The position numbers were made by a program, and so were the translations under genes. 64,000 nt of DNA from Pseudothermotoga sp. Its GTDB lineage: Bacteria > Thermotogota > Thermotogae > Thermotogales > DSM-5069. Positions 11,101 through 20,872 of the stretch are shown piece by piece. The notes below the pieces were generated by a model. It ran no database searches, had not been told where the DNA came from, and saw nothing but the letters and a program-made list of their open reading frames with translations. Location: NCBI GenBank assembly GCA_031962025.1, contig JAVRKW010000002.1. One strand, 5' to 3'. Numbering within the stretch: position 1 is the stretch's first letter; each line of letters starts with the position of its first letter.

Positions 11101-11680
11101 GCCTGTCGTATTCATAGATCAAATCCTGCACACGCGACAGATTGGCATTCACAACCTCAAGTCTTGCCATCGATTCTTTCTTTTTCTCACGGTATAAAGC
11201 TGTTTCTGCTGCTTCTTCGAGTAACAGCCTCAGCTCCTCGGCAGAAGCATTCACAATTCTTTCGATCTGTCCCTGACCGGCTATGGAGTAGAATTCTTTA
11301 CCAACACCTGTGCCGATGAATTTCTCGTGTATGTCTTTCAACCTGACGGTTTCACCGTTGAGCATGTACAAGTTCTTACCGTCATTTGTCAGCATTCGTG
11401 ATACGATGATTTTTTCATTTTCATTTTCAAACACGATTTCGACATAAGCACTCGAAGCGGCGGGCATCGTACTTGATCCTGCAAAGATCACGTCGTATTT
11501 TTCATCTGCTCTGAGCTGTTTCATTGATTGCTCACCAAAGACCCATCTTATTGCATCGACTATATTCGACTTTCCTCCGCCATTTGGACCAACGATAGCT
11601 GTAATTCTGTCTGCGAAGTACAGCTTGGTTGGTCTGGCAAAAGACTTAAAGCCGTGCAGGGTCATGCTTGCGAGCTTCAT
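8153..11680 (-). CDS. smc: Chromosome segregation protein SMC
   Basis: GFKSF, Walker A GPNGGGKSN, hinge GRVTFLPL, LSGGEK, LDEIDAPLD; start trimmed to MKLASM. Confidence 0.97.
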   Translation of the reverse strand: MKLASMTLHGFKSFARPTKLYFADRITAIVGPNGGGKSNIVDAIRWVFGEQSMKQLRADEKYDVIFAGSSTMPAASSAYVEIVFENENEKIIVSRMLTNDGKNLYMLNGETVRLKDIHEKFIGTGVGKEFYSIAGQGQIERIVNASAEELRLLLEEAAETALYREKKKESMARLEVVNANLSRVQDLIYEYDRQRKSLYLKAKRAERYQEYSSRLQQVKKLYYGNVFKKEKKRLNHLQNQHSQTMEKIKDLQKQLLNIETNWSTLKQEFANVDREIENFTNLLEDYKKRQTTLMELREMYTRRLNERETKFVETTTRLDSAKEQIAAIDKRSEELNLIFKGLIDEIGAKENELTKVEEKRNELVSRYSEKEKQLLALKEKSDLANKEKLSLESELSRIEEGLEDLSKRISMVDSQLDLKMKRLSGLQEELSALLEKLKTAGDREASLAKELQSIRERLSELSNEKRSTLEQLDNIKRVMKNLDEEESKIKYRIQTYEGYTRSVRAIFAKKAQGELDGVYDVVGNLVNFPAEYAKAIEVLLGGAVQHVVVDNANTAKKVIEWLNTQKVGRVTFLPLDLIESHFSGMREIERHAGFIGYAAQIVRVSQQFMALPGYLFGNDIIVKTLDDAVDIKKRYKVRCRIATLNGEIIGQHGSITGGEIEVERTDSLVKRKLRLNEIANQRLELSSLEKLHQQKLSQIDQEIQTLSNQERLAERELTSVIAEGSSTKRMIEELSKTVEELSKEINSLEQLKKNYTIKSEGMQIRREKILSELEELSGKISSYESELRNFDEQLAFEKQTLEEISTQYSQLKAEVTNLMERKLHYESELSRLREQKQKLKEESMQLSAQSEEIEKEIDRLKNILLENQQELETVKKETENLFETMRMQRSDKDQKLAQLDELEKKMQQIKDEREKSREYLHHLELSIQEVQNRIEQILVEIEEQTALQIEEVDQEKLESLKNELEDLQNKIKYLGPVDLLAIDEYNQVENKYNDLVLQRNDLNEAKEKINDLIRRTDEEARNRLLDVYEQVNTKFNYFISLLFAGGEGEIKIEPGKDILEAGIEICVKKPSRRIQKLQLLSGGEKALVGIALLFALLEVKPSPFYVLDEIDAPLDEFNAERFKRLLEDGSKKAQFIVITHNKVVMESADLLHGVTMIDGVSNIVPVEIENIAVKE

Positions 11681-11699
11681 ACCCACCATCCCCCAGTTC

Positions 11700-12827
11700 T
11701 CACAGAGAATAGACCATCCTGCCACAGACAAAGGTTGCAATGACGTTCAGGTTCTCGTCCAATGCAACAATATCCGCGTTTTTTCCCGGTGTTATTTTGC
11801 CAGAGTTCAGATTGCTCGATCTTGCGGCTGACTGGGTAGCCATCTGTATGGCATCTTTTACAGGCACATCCAGTTTGAAAACCACATTCCTGACTGCCTC
11901 ATCCAGCGTTAAGGTGCTTCCTGCAAGGCTCTGATCTTGCACGGTCCTTGCGATTTTATCCTTAACGACGACCGAAAGCCCGCCGAGCGAATACTCTCCA
12001 TCCTCAAGGCCGGTTGCCGCCATTGAGTCTGTGATCAGCACACATTTAGCCGGACCTTTCGCATTTATGACCAGTTTCGTCGTGGCAGGGTGAAGATGAA
12101 TCATATCGCAGATGATTTCGCAAAAAACCCTCCTGTCTGTGAGCACTGCACCGATTACACCCGGATCTCTGTGCGAAAAACTTCTCATCGCGTTAAAAAC
12201 ATGGGTTGCTCTCGTGCAGCCATTTTCTATTGCAATCATAGCCTGGTCGTATGTCGCATTTGTGTGCGCTATTGTTGTGACTATCTTTTTCTTTTTCAGA
12301 AAGTTCAAAACCTCTCTGGAACCTTCCAGCTCAGGTGCAATGGCGAAAACCTTTACAATATCTGCAAAGTTTTCGATGAAATGTGACAGTTCTTCAAGAT
12401 CCGGTTTTTTCAAAAGATCTTCTCTGTGTGCGCCTTTTTTTTCGGGGTTTAAATATGGACCTTCGATGTAAAGCCCTGCTGCTTTTGCGCCGGATGGTCG
12501 TAGTTCGATGAATTTCTTCAATGTCCGTGCTACTTGTGATATCTTTTCAAATGTATCTGAAACGGTTGTGGCTAAAAAGGTTGTCACACCGTGTTTTGCA
12601 TAAAAGAGTGATAATTTTTGAAAATCGTCGACTGATGCGTTCATGATATCTATTCCAACTGCACCGTGAGTGTGACTATCGATGAAACCCGGAGCGATCA
12701 GAGGAAAATACAGATCACAGTGTACCTTTGACTTTTTGATTTCTTCGACAAAGCCATTTTCTATTGTTAAACACATCTCTTGATAAACCTTCTGTGGTGT
12801 AAAAAGTTTTTTGAATCCTATTCTCAT
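11700..12827 (-). CDS. nagA: N-acetylglucosamine-6-phosphate deacetylase
   Basis: PGFIDSHTHG, EGPYL, THVFNAM, LAGSTL. Confidence 0.95.
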   Translation of the reverse strand: MRIGFKKLFTPQKVYQEMCLTIENGFVEEIKKSKVHCDLYFPLIAPGFIDSHTHGAVGIDIMNASVDDFQKLSLFYAKHGVTTFLATTVSDTFEKISQVARTLKKFIELRPSGAKAAGLYIEGPYLNPEKKGAHREDLLKKPDLEELSHFIENFADIVKVFAIAPELEGSREVLNFLKKKKIVTTIAHTNATYDQAMIAIENGCTRATHVFNAMRSFSHRDPGVIGAVLTDRRVFCEIICDMIHLHPATTKLVINAKGPAKCVLITDSMAATGLEDGEYSLGGLSVVVKDKIARTVQDQSLAGSTLTLDEAVRNVVFKLDVPVKDAIQMATQSAARSSNLNSGKITPGKNADIVALDENLNVIATFVCGRMVYSL

Positions 12828-15622
12828 TTGATCAACCCCTGTACATCGTTTATCAATCCGATAACGCTGGTAATAATGGGTATTACATCGACGATATTCA
12901 TCAATGGATTATCCGGCACAAAAATGACATCACCCGGCGAGACATTTGGATTGGATGTAGTCGGTCTTCCTTTCAGGGTGCCTGACAGATCACAGATCAC
13001 CGGTTCACCTGTCGGTCCACCTTTGAACACGTACACCTTCGATGTTACAGCCCTTGGAGTGAATCCACCGCATTTCATTATCACATCAAGAACAGTTGAA
13101 TACTGGTCTATCTTTACGACTCCAGGTCTTGAAACCTGCCCAAGGACATAGGCGATGTTCGCTTCAACAGGTGGTACATACACTACATCCCCCGCCTTTA
13201 CTATTATGTTGTTGAGCATAAGCGGATTTGACATGTCGATTGATTTACTTTCATTTCCCCTTTTAAGTACAATCTGGTTGTACGATCCCCAGCCGCTTAT
13301 TCCGCCAGCCAGTGATACAACTTCAAGCAGTGTCAGTTCCCTGTCTCCGACGTAGTAACCGCCCGGCTTGTTCACCATGCCAAGGACATAAACGTAGTTT
13401 CTGATGTCTTTTTCAAATATCAAAAACGCACCATCGACGAGTTCAAGATCTCTTTTGCCAAGCTGTACATCTTTCATCAACACGTTTGTCGCTTCACCAG
13501 TTGGAAGAATTATTTGAACATACTGCGTCTCAGAAATTATGTTCACCTTTCCCAGAACGCTTGATAGCTTGAACGCTTCGTTCTGTGAAAGTTCTATCTT
13601 TTGGTTTACCACGGCATCACCGAAGGCAAAAACGTAATGCGGTGTCTTCTCGGTTACGTATATGAAATCTCCATCTTTGAGAGTTAACTGAAGATCGTCT
13701 GATTCGACTTCTTTTGCGCTGAACAAGTGTCTTTCACCGGATGAATACACGATAACCTGATCTGATACAAATGATTGATCCGCGCCGGTTATCAATCCGC
13801 CGCATTTTGCTATCGCTTTTTTGAGCGTTGCATCTTCATTCACTTCGAACACGATTTGACCAGGTGCTCTTACCTTACCGAGTACAGTTACTCTGACTGG
13901 TTTTTTGAGAGTTATCTTGTAGATTTCACCTGAATTCAAAGGCATGTCACGATCAAACTGAACTGTCTGTTCCTGATTGTTTTCGATTTTTGTGATAGCT
14001 TCTATGTACGAAGTTTGAAGATTTACCTTTGACAGTGCTCTTGCAAGGGTGAATTCTTCATCGAGATTGAAGGTTACAAAACTTGAAAGGTCTCCAACAA
14101 AGTAGATGTACCTGCCCTGTTTTGGTTTGAAAACGACCGTACACTGATTTTCCAGGTCCGCGTCAACAACACAATTTATCACATCTTTGATATCATATTG
14201 CGCTATTTTTTGCTGTATCAACTGGATCGATTCAAATTGCCTGTAGTCGATCTGACCGATTTTCTTGATAACCGTTGAGAGCTTTTTTGGCTCATCAGGT
14301 TCAAAACTCATCTTTCCGCTCACTGCAAGATTGCCAACGACATACACGTAAAAATCCTCGTACTCTACCCTGACAAGATCTCCCGTCATCAAATCAAAAT
14401 CTCTGTCTTTGAGATCTTTAGATGCAATTTCAAAAATCTGTGAACCTCGGTATACCTTTATCGTTCCACCTTTTTCAACCTTATCAGAGACGTAGCCACC
14501 TGCTTTGGGCAGCAGGATGCTCATTTTCATTTCTTCTTCTGGCTGAAAATCGATTCTGCCGGGATTTCTCACCTGACCTGTGACGTAGACAAATCTCTCT
14601 GGTTTTTTCAGCACATTTACGTAACTTCCAACTGATATGAAGATATCGTCGTTGGCTGTCAAAATCGCCGGTGTGTACTCTTTTTGAGAGCCATTTTGAG
14701 TAACTATGATTTTGTCGATGTATTTGACGTCATCTATCACTCCACCCGCTTTTGCTATCAGCCTTTTTAGGGTAACAGGCTCGTCTTTTAAAAATTCGTA
14801 AACGCCTGGTTTTGCCACAAATCCGACTATGTATGCGTATCTTTGATCGATCTTTGGCACATATATCTGATCAGATGGCTTGAGAACGACATCAGAAACC
14901 TTTCCGGTCAGAATTTCTTCCAGATTTATTTTTTGAACCGTTCCATTTCTTGTCAGATAAACATTTTGAGAATCCCCGACATCTGTCAAAATACCCCCAC
15001 ATAGGGAAATCGCTGCGGTCAAGGTGAGACCTTTTGTGTAAACAAGAGCCGATGGATTTCTAACAGCTCCAAGGACCTTGATATATCCAAGAAGGCTTTT
15101 CTGCGGTATGTAGATTATGTCATTTTCGTATACGGGAAGATCCACGTCCATTTTGCCTTCGTAAAATGAAGAAAAATCAATCAAAAAACTTTCCTTTCCG
15201 CGCGTTATTCTGATGTTCTCAAGATCTATTCTGTCGTTTTGTTCACCGATCATTGATATTATCTGGCTGAGCGTTGCTGGTTTTATACCTATATCTATTA
15301 TTTTGTTCACAACACCATGTACATATACAAACCTCGGGGCATAAGACACCAGAGAGACACTCACTGCGGGATTTGGTATCAGTTTTCCTATTCGCTCTTT
15401 TGCGATCTTTTCAAGCTCATTGAGCGTCATGCCATCCACTTTTATTCTTCCCACTCCTGTGTAGGAAATGAATCCATCGCTGTCGACAGTACAGTCTCTG
15501 CTCATTTCCTGATAACCAAAGACTTCGATTCTGATTGTGTCACCGACTCTGAGTGTGTAGTCGGCGAAAACAAAGGTTGCCAGAAAAAGTAAGACTGCCC
15601 ACAGGGTGATTTTTTTTGTCAT
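12824..15622 (-). CDS. Polysaccharide export (Wza-like) protein with about 10 SLBB repeats
   Basis: Signal peptide, Poly_export N-domain YTLRVGDTIRI, repeated VxVxGxVxxPG; start trimmed to MTKKITL after GAGGTG RBS. Confidence 0.8.
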   Translation of the reverse strand: MTKKITLWAVLLFLATFVFADYTLRVGDTIRIEVFGYQEMSRDCTVDSDGFISYTGVGRIKVDGMTLNELEKIAKERIGKLIPNPAVSVSLVSYAPRFVYVHGVVNKIIDIGIKPATLSQIISMIGEQNDRIDLENIRITRGKESFLIDFSSFYEGKMDVDLPVYENDIIYIPQKSLLGYIKVLGAVRNPSALVYTKGLTLTAAISLCGGILTDVGDSQNVYLTRNGTVQKINLEEILTGKVSDVVLKPSDQIYVPKIDQRYAYIVGFVAKPGVYEFLKDEPVTLKRLIAKAGGVIDDVKYIDKIIVTQNGSQKEYTPAILTANDDIFISVGSYVNVLKKPERFVYVTGQVRNPGRIDFQPEEEMKMSILLPKAGGYVSDKVEKGGTIKVYRGSQIFEIASKDLKDRDFDLMTGDLVRVEYEDFYVYVVGNLAVSGKMSFEPDEPKKLSTVIKKIGQIDYRQFESIQLIQQKIAQYDIKDVINCVVDADLENQCTVVFKPKQGRYIYFVGDLSSFVTFNLDEEFTLARALSKVNLQTSYIEAITKIENNQEQTVQFDRDMPLNSGEIYKITLKKPVRVTVLGKVRAPGQIVFEVNEDATLKKAIAKCGGLITGADQSFVSDQVIVYSSGERHLFSAKEVESDDLQLTLKDGDFIYVTEKTPHYVFAFGDAVVNQKIELSQNEAFKLSSVLGKVNIISETQYVQIILPTGEATNVLMKDVQLGKRDLELVDGAFLIFEKDIRNYVYVLGMVNKPGGYYVGDRELTLLEVVSLAGGISGWGSYNQIVLKRGNESKSIDMSNPLMLNNIIVKAGDVVYVPPVEANIAYVLGQVSRPGVVKIDQYSTVLDVIMKCGGFTPRAVTSKVYVFKGGPTGEPVICDLSGTLKGRPTTSNPNVSPGDVIFVPDNPLMNIVDVIPIITSVIGLINDVQGLIK

Positions 15623-15725
15623 TTGATCACCTCGTTTTCTTTTTTCATGATTTTCTTCTCTTTTTATAATAACACTCGGTTTGAAAATGTGGTAATATTT
15701 AAAAAAGCACTGTGGAGGTGATTTT

Positions 15726-17651
15726 GTGCCGTTCAAAGTGAAGATAAAGAACGATGGAGAATATGTTTTTCATCGGCCTGTACGTGTTTTTGAACTTTCA
15801 AAAGAGTTTTCTGGTACAATCATCGCCGCTCTTTTCAACGATCAATTGATCGATCTGAGATCGACAATCTGTGAAGATGGTGAAATCGAGTTCATCACAA
15901 TCGACCATAAACTTGCCCCTGAGGTCTACAGACACACTCTTTCACATGTTATGGCGCAGGCGGTTATGAACATATACGGCAAGGATAATGTGAGACTTGG
16001 GATCGGACCGACCATTGAAAATGGGTTTTACTACGATTTTGAAATCCTCAACGGGAAGATAACAGAGGAAGATCTGCCAAAGATAGAAGAACAGATGAGA
16101 GAGATAGTGCAACAGGATTTGAAGATCGAGAGAATTGAAATGAGCAAAGACGAGGCAATTTCTCTTATGAAACAAAAGGGTCAGATATACAAAGTCGAAC
16201 TCATACAGGACATTCAAGAAGATAGAGTTACTCTTTTTAAACAGGGAGAGTTCATAGATCTGTGCAGAGGCCCTCACCTGCCATCCACAGGGTTAGTTAA
16301 ACATTTCAAGCTTCTTTCAATCTCCGGTGCGTACTGGAGAGGCGATGAAAAAAGACCGATGCTTCAGAGAATATACGGTACAGCCTTTGCAAGCAAAGAA
16401 GAACTCGAAAAATACCTGAATTTCCTTGAAGAGGCAAAGAAAAGGGATCACAGGAAACTCGGTCCTGCACTTGGTATTTTCTTCATTGACTTTGATGTTG
16501 CACCCGGAATGCCAATCTTTACACCCAATGGAGCGACAATTCTGCGCGAATTGATGGAATTTTCAAGACAACTCCATCGCGAATTCGGTTATGAAGAGGT
16601 CATGACTCCCCTTGTGATGAGTGAAAAGCTCTGGAGGATGTCCGGTCACTGGGACCACTACAAAGAGAATATGTATTTCACAACCAAGGAAGAACAGCAG
16701 TTTGCGATCAAACCGATGAACTGTCCCGGACATATTCTGATCTACAAAAATAGAACGGTTTCCTACAAAGACTTACCGCTGAGATTTTTTGAGTTTGGCA
16801 GGGTACACAGATATGAGAGAAGCGGTGTCTTGCACGGACTGTTCAGAGTGAGAAGTTTTACTCAGGACGATGCTCACATATTCTGCCGAACAGATCAGAT
16901 AGAACAGGAGATAGCCGGTGTCATAAACTTTGTTCACAGGATTTATTCGCCTTTTGGGTTTGGATATTCAGCGGAACTCAGTACGATGCCCGAAAATCAC
17001 ATGGGAGATGTTCAGACATGGCAAAAAGCCACTGAAGCGCTCAAAAGTGCCATGGATTCAGTTGGACTTATGTACACCATCAAAGAAGGAGAAGGTGCTT
17101 TTTACGGTCCGAAGATAGACTTTCACATCAAAGATTCGATAGGTCGCACATGGCAGTGTGCAACTATCCAGCTTGATTTTCTGATGCCTCAGAGGTTTGA
17201 GCTCGTTTACACAGATGTCAATGGAAATTATTGTCAACCGGTTATGATACACAGGGCAATCTACGGTAGCCTTGAGAGATTTCTGGGTATATTGATCGAG
17301 CATTATGCCGGTGCGTTCCCAACCTGGCTGGCACCGATTCAGGTTAAGGTTATACCGATTGCCGACAGGCATCATTCGTATGCTCAGGATATCAAAAACA
17401 CTCTGGTTCAGAACGGTATCAGAGCAGAGGTTGATCTCAGGCGTGAAACACTTGGTTACAAAATAAGAGATGCTCAGTCCATGAAGATCCCTTATATGTT
17501 CATTGTTGGTGATAAAGAACAAACGACAAAGACCGTGTCTGTGAGAACCAGAAAAGGGAATGAACTTTCCTCAAGATCTGTTGAGTCTGTTATTGATGTA
17601 ATACTCAAGGAAATAAAAACACGTTCGTTGAAAAATTTAATGGAGGAATAA
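15726..17651 (+). CDS. thrS: Threonine--tRNA ligase
   Basis: [33 protein letters not shown]. Confidence 0.98.
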   Translation: MPFKVKIKNDGEYVFHRPVRVFELSKEFSGTIIAALFNDQLIDLRSTICEDGEIEFITIDHKLAPEVYRHTLSHVMAQAVMNIYGKDNVRLGIGPTIENGFYYDFEILNGKITEEDLPKIEEQMREIVQQDLKIERIEMSKDEAISLMKQKGQIYKVELIQDIQEDRVTLFKQGEFIDLCRGPHLPSTGLVKHFKLLSISGAYWRGDEKRPMLQRIYGTAFASKEELEKYLNFLEEAKKRDHRKLGPALGIFFIDFDVAPGMPIFTPNGATILRELMEFSRQLHREFGYEEVMTPLVMSEKLWRMSGHWDHYKENMYFTTKEEQQFAIKPMNCPGHILIYKNRTVSYKDLPLRFFEFGRVHRYERSGVLHGLFRVRSFTQDDAHIFCRTDQIEQEIAGVINFVHRIYSPFGFGYSAELSTMPENHMGDVQTWQKATEALKSAMDSVGLMYTIKEGEGAFYGPKIDFHIKDSIGRTWQCATIQLDFLMPQRFELVYTDVNGNYCQPVMIHRAIYGSLERFLGILIEHYAGAFPTWLAPIQVKVIPIADRHHSYAQDIKNTLVQNGIRAEVDLRRETLGYKIRDAQSMKIPYMFIVGDKEQTTKTVSVRTRKGNELSSRSVESVIDVILKEIKTRSLKNLMEE

Positions 17652-17653
17652 AA

Positions 17654-18520
17654 TTGACGGTTAAGATCATCGGCAAAATTGATGATAAGATAGTGGATTT
17701 TTTCAAAAAGATGGAGCAGGTTGAAGATAGTGATTCTGCATGCCTCATCTTAACTGATTCTTCTGAACAGTTAGGACCGCTTCAAATGGTATTCAAAAAC
17801 AATACCGCGGAGCTGTACGATCAGGGTAAACTCGTCGCGAGATTTGAGCAGGCAGAAGAAAATTACCAGGCTATCTGGGTTTTTGCAAAAACATACGTGG
17901 ATAAAGATGACTTCAAATCTGGATTGACCAGCACAAAGTGGGCACGCAAGGTTGTGAGCGGAATACTGCAAGCCATGGTGGTACTCATGGAGATAGAAGA
18001 CAAAAGTGGATTTAGCCATTCGCAGAGGGTTACAAAACTGGCACAGAAGATGGGAGTGGAACTTGGTTTTTCTCAAAAGGAACAGTCACTTTTGGTCGAA
18101 GCGAGCATGCTGCACGACGTTGGAAAGATAGGCATCGAACAATTGATGATGTTCACTCCAACAAGGATAAGATTTCTTGAAGATATGCCAAGAGATCACA
18201 CGATCATGGGTTCTATATACCTATCCACGATCGAGTTTCTCTGGGATCTGGTGCCGGCAGTCAGGTCTCATCACGAAAGATGGGATGGCAAGGGTTATCC
18301 AGATGGTTTGAAAGGTGAAGAAATACCTCTTTTTGCCAGAATAATAGCCATCTGTGATTATTACGATGAACTCACTCATTTTGTAACCTCAGAATGGGGT
18401 ATCGGTCCCAAGAAAAAAGATGAAGCTTTGAAAATGATACAGGAACAGAGTGGAAAGATGTTCGATCCAAAGTTAGTGGAACTTTTTATCAAAACAATGG
18501 AGTTACATGAGGACATCTAA
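17654..18520 (+). CDS. HD-GYP domain phosphodiesterase
   Basis: HSQRV, HDVGK, HHERWDGKGYP. Confidence 0.85.
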   Translation: MTVKIIGKIDDKIVDFFKKMEQVEDSDSACLILTDSSEQLGPLQMVFKNNTAELYDQGKLVARFEQAEENYQAIWVFAKTYVDKDDFKSGLTSTKWARKVVSGILQAMVVLMEIEDKSGFSHSQRVTKLAQKMGVELGFSQKEQSLLVEASMLHDVGKIGIEQLMMFTPTRIRFLEDMPRDHTIMGSIYLSTIEFLWDLVPAVRSHHERWDGKGYPDGLKGEEIPLFARIIAICDYYDELTHFVTSEWGIGPKKKDEALKMIQEQSGKMFDPKLVELFIKTMELHEDI

Positions 18521-18973
18521 GAATATTCCAAGCGGTATCAAAAGGTTTTTCACTAACTGCATTGGCATATTCATCATCATTTTCAACAGGGCAAGTTGTT
18601 CCTGTAGTTTTTGTTTTTCTTCTTCATCTGTTGTTGAATTGAGTTTGGCTTCCAGTTTTTGAATCTGGTTTTGTATTTGATTTTTGTAATCACTCTGATA
18701 GGTTTTCTCAGACGGGTAATATATCCAGGCAGTGGTTTTACCGGCTATTGCAGCAATGAAAGAGCCGCGTTTTCTCAGATCGAGGGTTATTCCACCCTGG
18801 ATGATCACCCCGCCATTTCTTTCAGCTTCTCTTTTAAAGGCAAGCCAGTTGCTTATTTCCTGTGAGAGCACGCGCAGGATACTTCGGCTTGCCGGTGCCG
18901 AGTTTGGTAAACCGGGCTCACCAGGATCGAGTTTGTACCCCAAAACCGGATTTGACAAACCCTCAACTGCCAT
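18503..18973 (-). CDS. Hypothetical protein with C-terminal Gln/Lys/Glu coiled coil
   Basis: 156 aa, AAGG RBS, last gene of the valS-folC-ruvA run. Confidence 0.7.
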   Translation of the reverse strand: MAVEGLSNPVLGYKLDPGEPGLPNSAPASRSILRVLSQEISNWLAFKREAERNGGVIIQGGITLDLRKRGSFIAAIAGKTTAWIYYPSEKTYQSDYKNQIQNQIQKLEAKLNSTTDEEEKQKLQEQLALLKMMMNMPMQLVKNLLIPLGIFLDVLM

Positions 18974-18977
18974 ACAG

Positions 18978-19553
18978 TTATACCTTCTTTGACAGTTTTT
19001 TCAGTGCCTCCTTCACAATTTGTTCTGTACTCATCTTATCTGTATAAACAGATTTCACGACATCTGTCGACTCGGTTTTCGAGAACCCCAGTGCTACAAG
19101 AGCCTCGATTGCATCAAATAACTCTGACGAATATGTGGTTTGAATCTCAAAATGTTCATCCTTTAGTTCTGCTATTAATCTTTCTGCGGTCTTTTTTCCA
19201 ATTCCTTGAATCTGGGATAACTTTTCAACATTTTCATTGATCACCAGGTGCACAAATTCTTCAGGTTCTACCGATCCCACGATCTTCAGAGCAGTCTTGG
19301 GACCTATTTTGGATACTTTCAGAATCTTTTCGAAAATGTGCAACTTTTCTTTTCTTGAAAAACCGTACAGGACAACTTCATTCTGATTGAACTCAAGATG
19401 AGTGTGAAGTTCGATCTCGTCTCCCACAGTAGATCTTTCCAAGGTCTGGCTATCACACAGAACTCTTATTACGAAATTTTCCACCTGCAACAAAAGACTA
19501 CCCGATTCTTTGGCGTACACTTTTCCCTTAATGGCTGCGAGCAAGTTCATCAT
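18978..19553 (-). CDS. ruvA: Holliday junction branch migration protein RuvA
   Basis: LYGF, IGPKTA, GIGKKTAERL, ALVALGF; ATGA overlap with folC stop. Confidence 0.95.
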   Translation of the reverse strand: MMNLLAAIKGKVYAKESGSLLLQVENFVIRVLCDSQTLERSTVGDEIELHTHLEFNQNEVVLYGFSRKEKLHIFEKILKVSKIGPKTALKIVGSVEPEEFVHLVINENVEKLSQIQGIGKKTAERLIAELKDEHFEIQTTYSSELFDAIEALVALGFSKTESTDVVKSVYTDKMSTEQIVKEALKKLSKKV

Positions 19554-20872
19554 CTCACGATGGACCATTCGGGCTCAAGAGATCCATCTGTTATGTAATC
19601 TCTCAGATATCCAACCAGGTACAGTGAACCCGTTATAATTATCGTCTCATATCCTTCCTGCTTTAGTCTTTCGTATGCCACTATTGGATCGATTTCAAAC
19701 TCGACGCTGTTGTTGAACTGTTTTGCTATCTGGAAGGTTTCCTGAGGATTCTGTGCTCTGTGAGAGAATGGTCTTGTCACGATTATTTTATCAAAAAGCG
19801 GCGCTATCTGTGACAGAACACCTTTTTTGTCCTTGTCATCGACGATCCCGATCACTGCACCGAGTCTCTCATTTTTAAGATAATCAATAATGGTCTTTCT
19901 CAGCACCCTTGCGGCTGGCAGGTTGTGTGCACCGTCAAAGATCACCCTTGGCTTTGTATCAAGAACTTCGAACCTGCCGGGCATTTTTGCTTTTTCCAGT
20001 GCCCTTCTTATAGCCATTTCATCTACCTTCAGATTTGTTCTTTCGGCAAAAACAAGAAATGCCTGTAGCGCAACAGACGCATTCAAAAATTGATGTTCAC
20101 CGTTCAGTGAGATCTTCAGATTTTTCAGCTCTCTTTTTCCATGAAAATCAAAGTGATTATCCGATAGAGAAAGACTTGTGTTGTCGTAGGAGAAATCTCT
20201 TCCAATCAGGTGTAGATCACTTTTGTTCAGCTCACAAATCTTTTCGATGACGCTTAACGGCTCTTTTTTCTTTTCACCACAGACAACAGGCACTTTGTGC
20301 TTTATTATCCCGGCTTTTTCAAAGGCGATCTTCTCAAGAGTATCACCGAGAATGTGCATGTGGTCGTAATCCACCGTTACTATCACGCTGACCTGTGGAG
20401 TTAAAACGTTGGTTGCATCAAATCTTCCTCCCAGTCCAACTTCAATTGACCCAGCTTGGACTGACATTTTTTTGTAGATCATGAAAGCCATCGCAGTGGT
20501 AAACTCAAAGAAACTCGGTTTGAACTGTTCTCCCTGTTTATCCATTTGCAGTGCCATTTTCTGAACATCATCAAAGGCACTCAGAATTATCTGCTCTGGG
20601 ACAAACTGTTCATCTACTAAGATCCTCTCTTTAAAAGTTGACAGATGCGGAGAATAGTAGCTTGCAGTTTTCAACCCGTGTTCTATGAACAGCCAGCTCA
20701 AAAAACGCGTCACCGAACCTTTTCCGTTTGTACCTGTCACGTGAGCGGAATGGAAGCTGTCCTGTGGATTTTGCAACATCTCGCACAGCTGTTTGATTCT
20801 GTCAAGACCGAGTGTTATCTTTCCCGATGGTCTTTCGTTGTAAAGGTATTCAAGCATCTGAAGGTAGGTCAT
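19550..20872 (-). CDS. folC: Folylpolyglutamate synthase/dihydrofolate synthase
   Basis: GTNGKGS, EVGLGGRFDATN, DGAHN. Confidence 0.95.
   Translation of the reverse strand: MTYLQMLEYLYNERPSGKITLGLDRIKQLCEMLQNPQDSFHSAHVTGTNGKGSVTRFLSWLFIEHGLKTASYYSPHLSTFKERILVDEQFVPEQIILSAFDDVQKMALQMDKQGEQFKPSFFEFTTAMAFMIYKKMSVQAGSIEVGLGGRFDATNVLTPQVSVIVTVDYDHMHILGDTLEKIAFEKAGIIKHKVPVVCGEKKKEPLSVIEKICELNKSDLHLIGRDFSYDNTSLSLSDNHFDFHGKRELKNLKISLNGEHQFLNASVALQAFLVFAERTNLKVDEMAIRRALEKAKMPGRFEVLDTKPRVIFDGAHNLPAARVLRKTIIDYLKNERLGAVIGIVDDKDKKGVLSQIAPLFDKIIVTRPFSHRAQNPQETFQIAKQFNNSVEFEIDPIVAYERLKQEGYETIIITGSLYLVGYLRDYITDGSLEPEWSIVR

Noticed and set aside
15623..15725. T-box or operator leaders for thrS (also checked valS and proS)
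   Set aside because: Intergenic regions are too short and lack the motifs.
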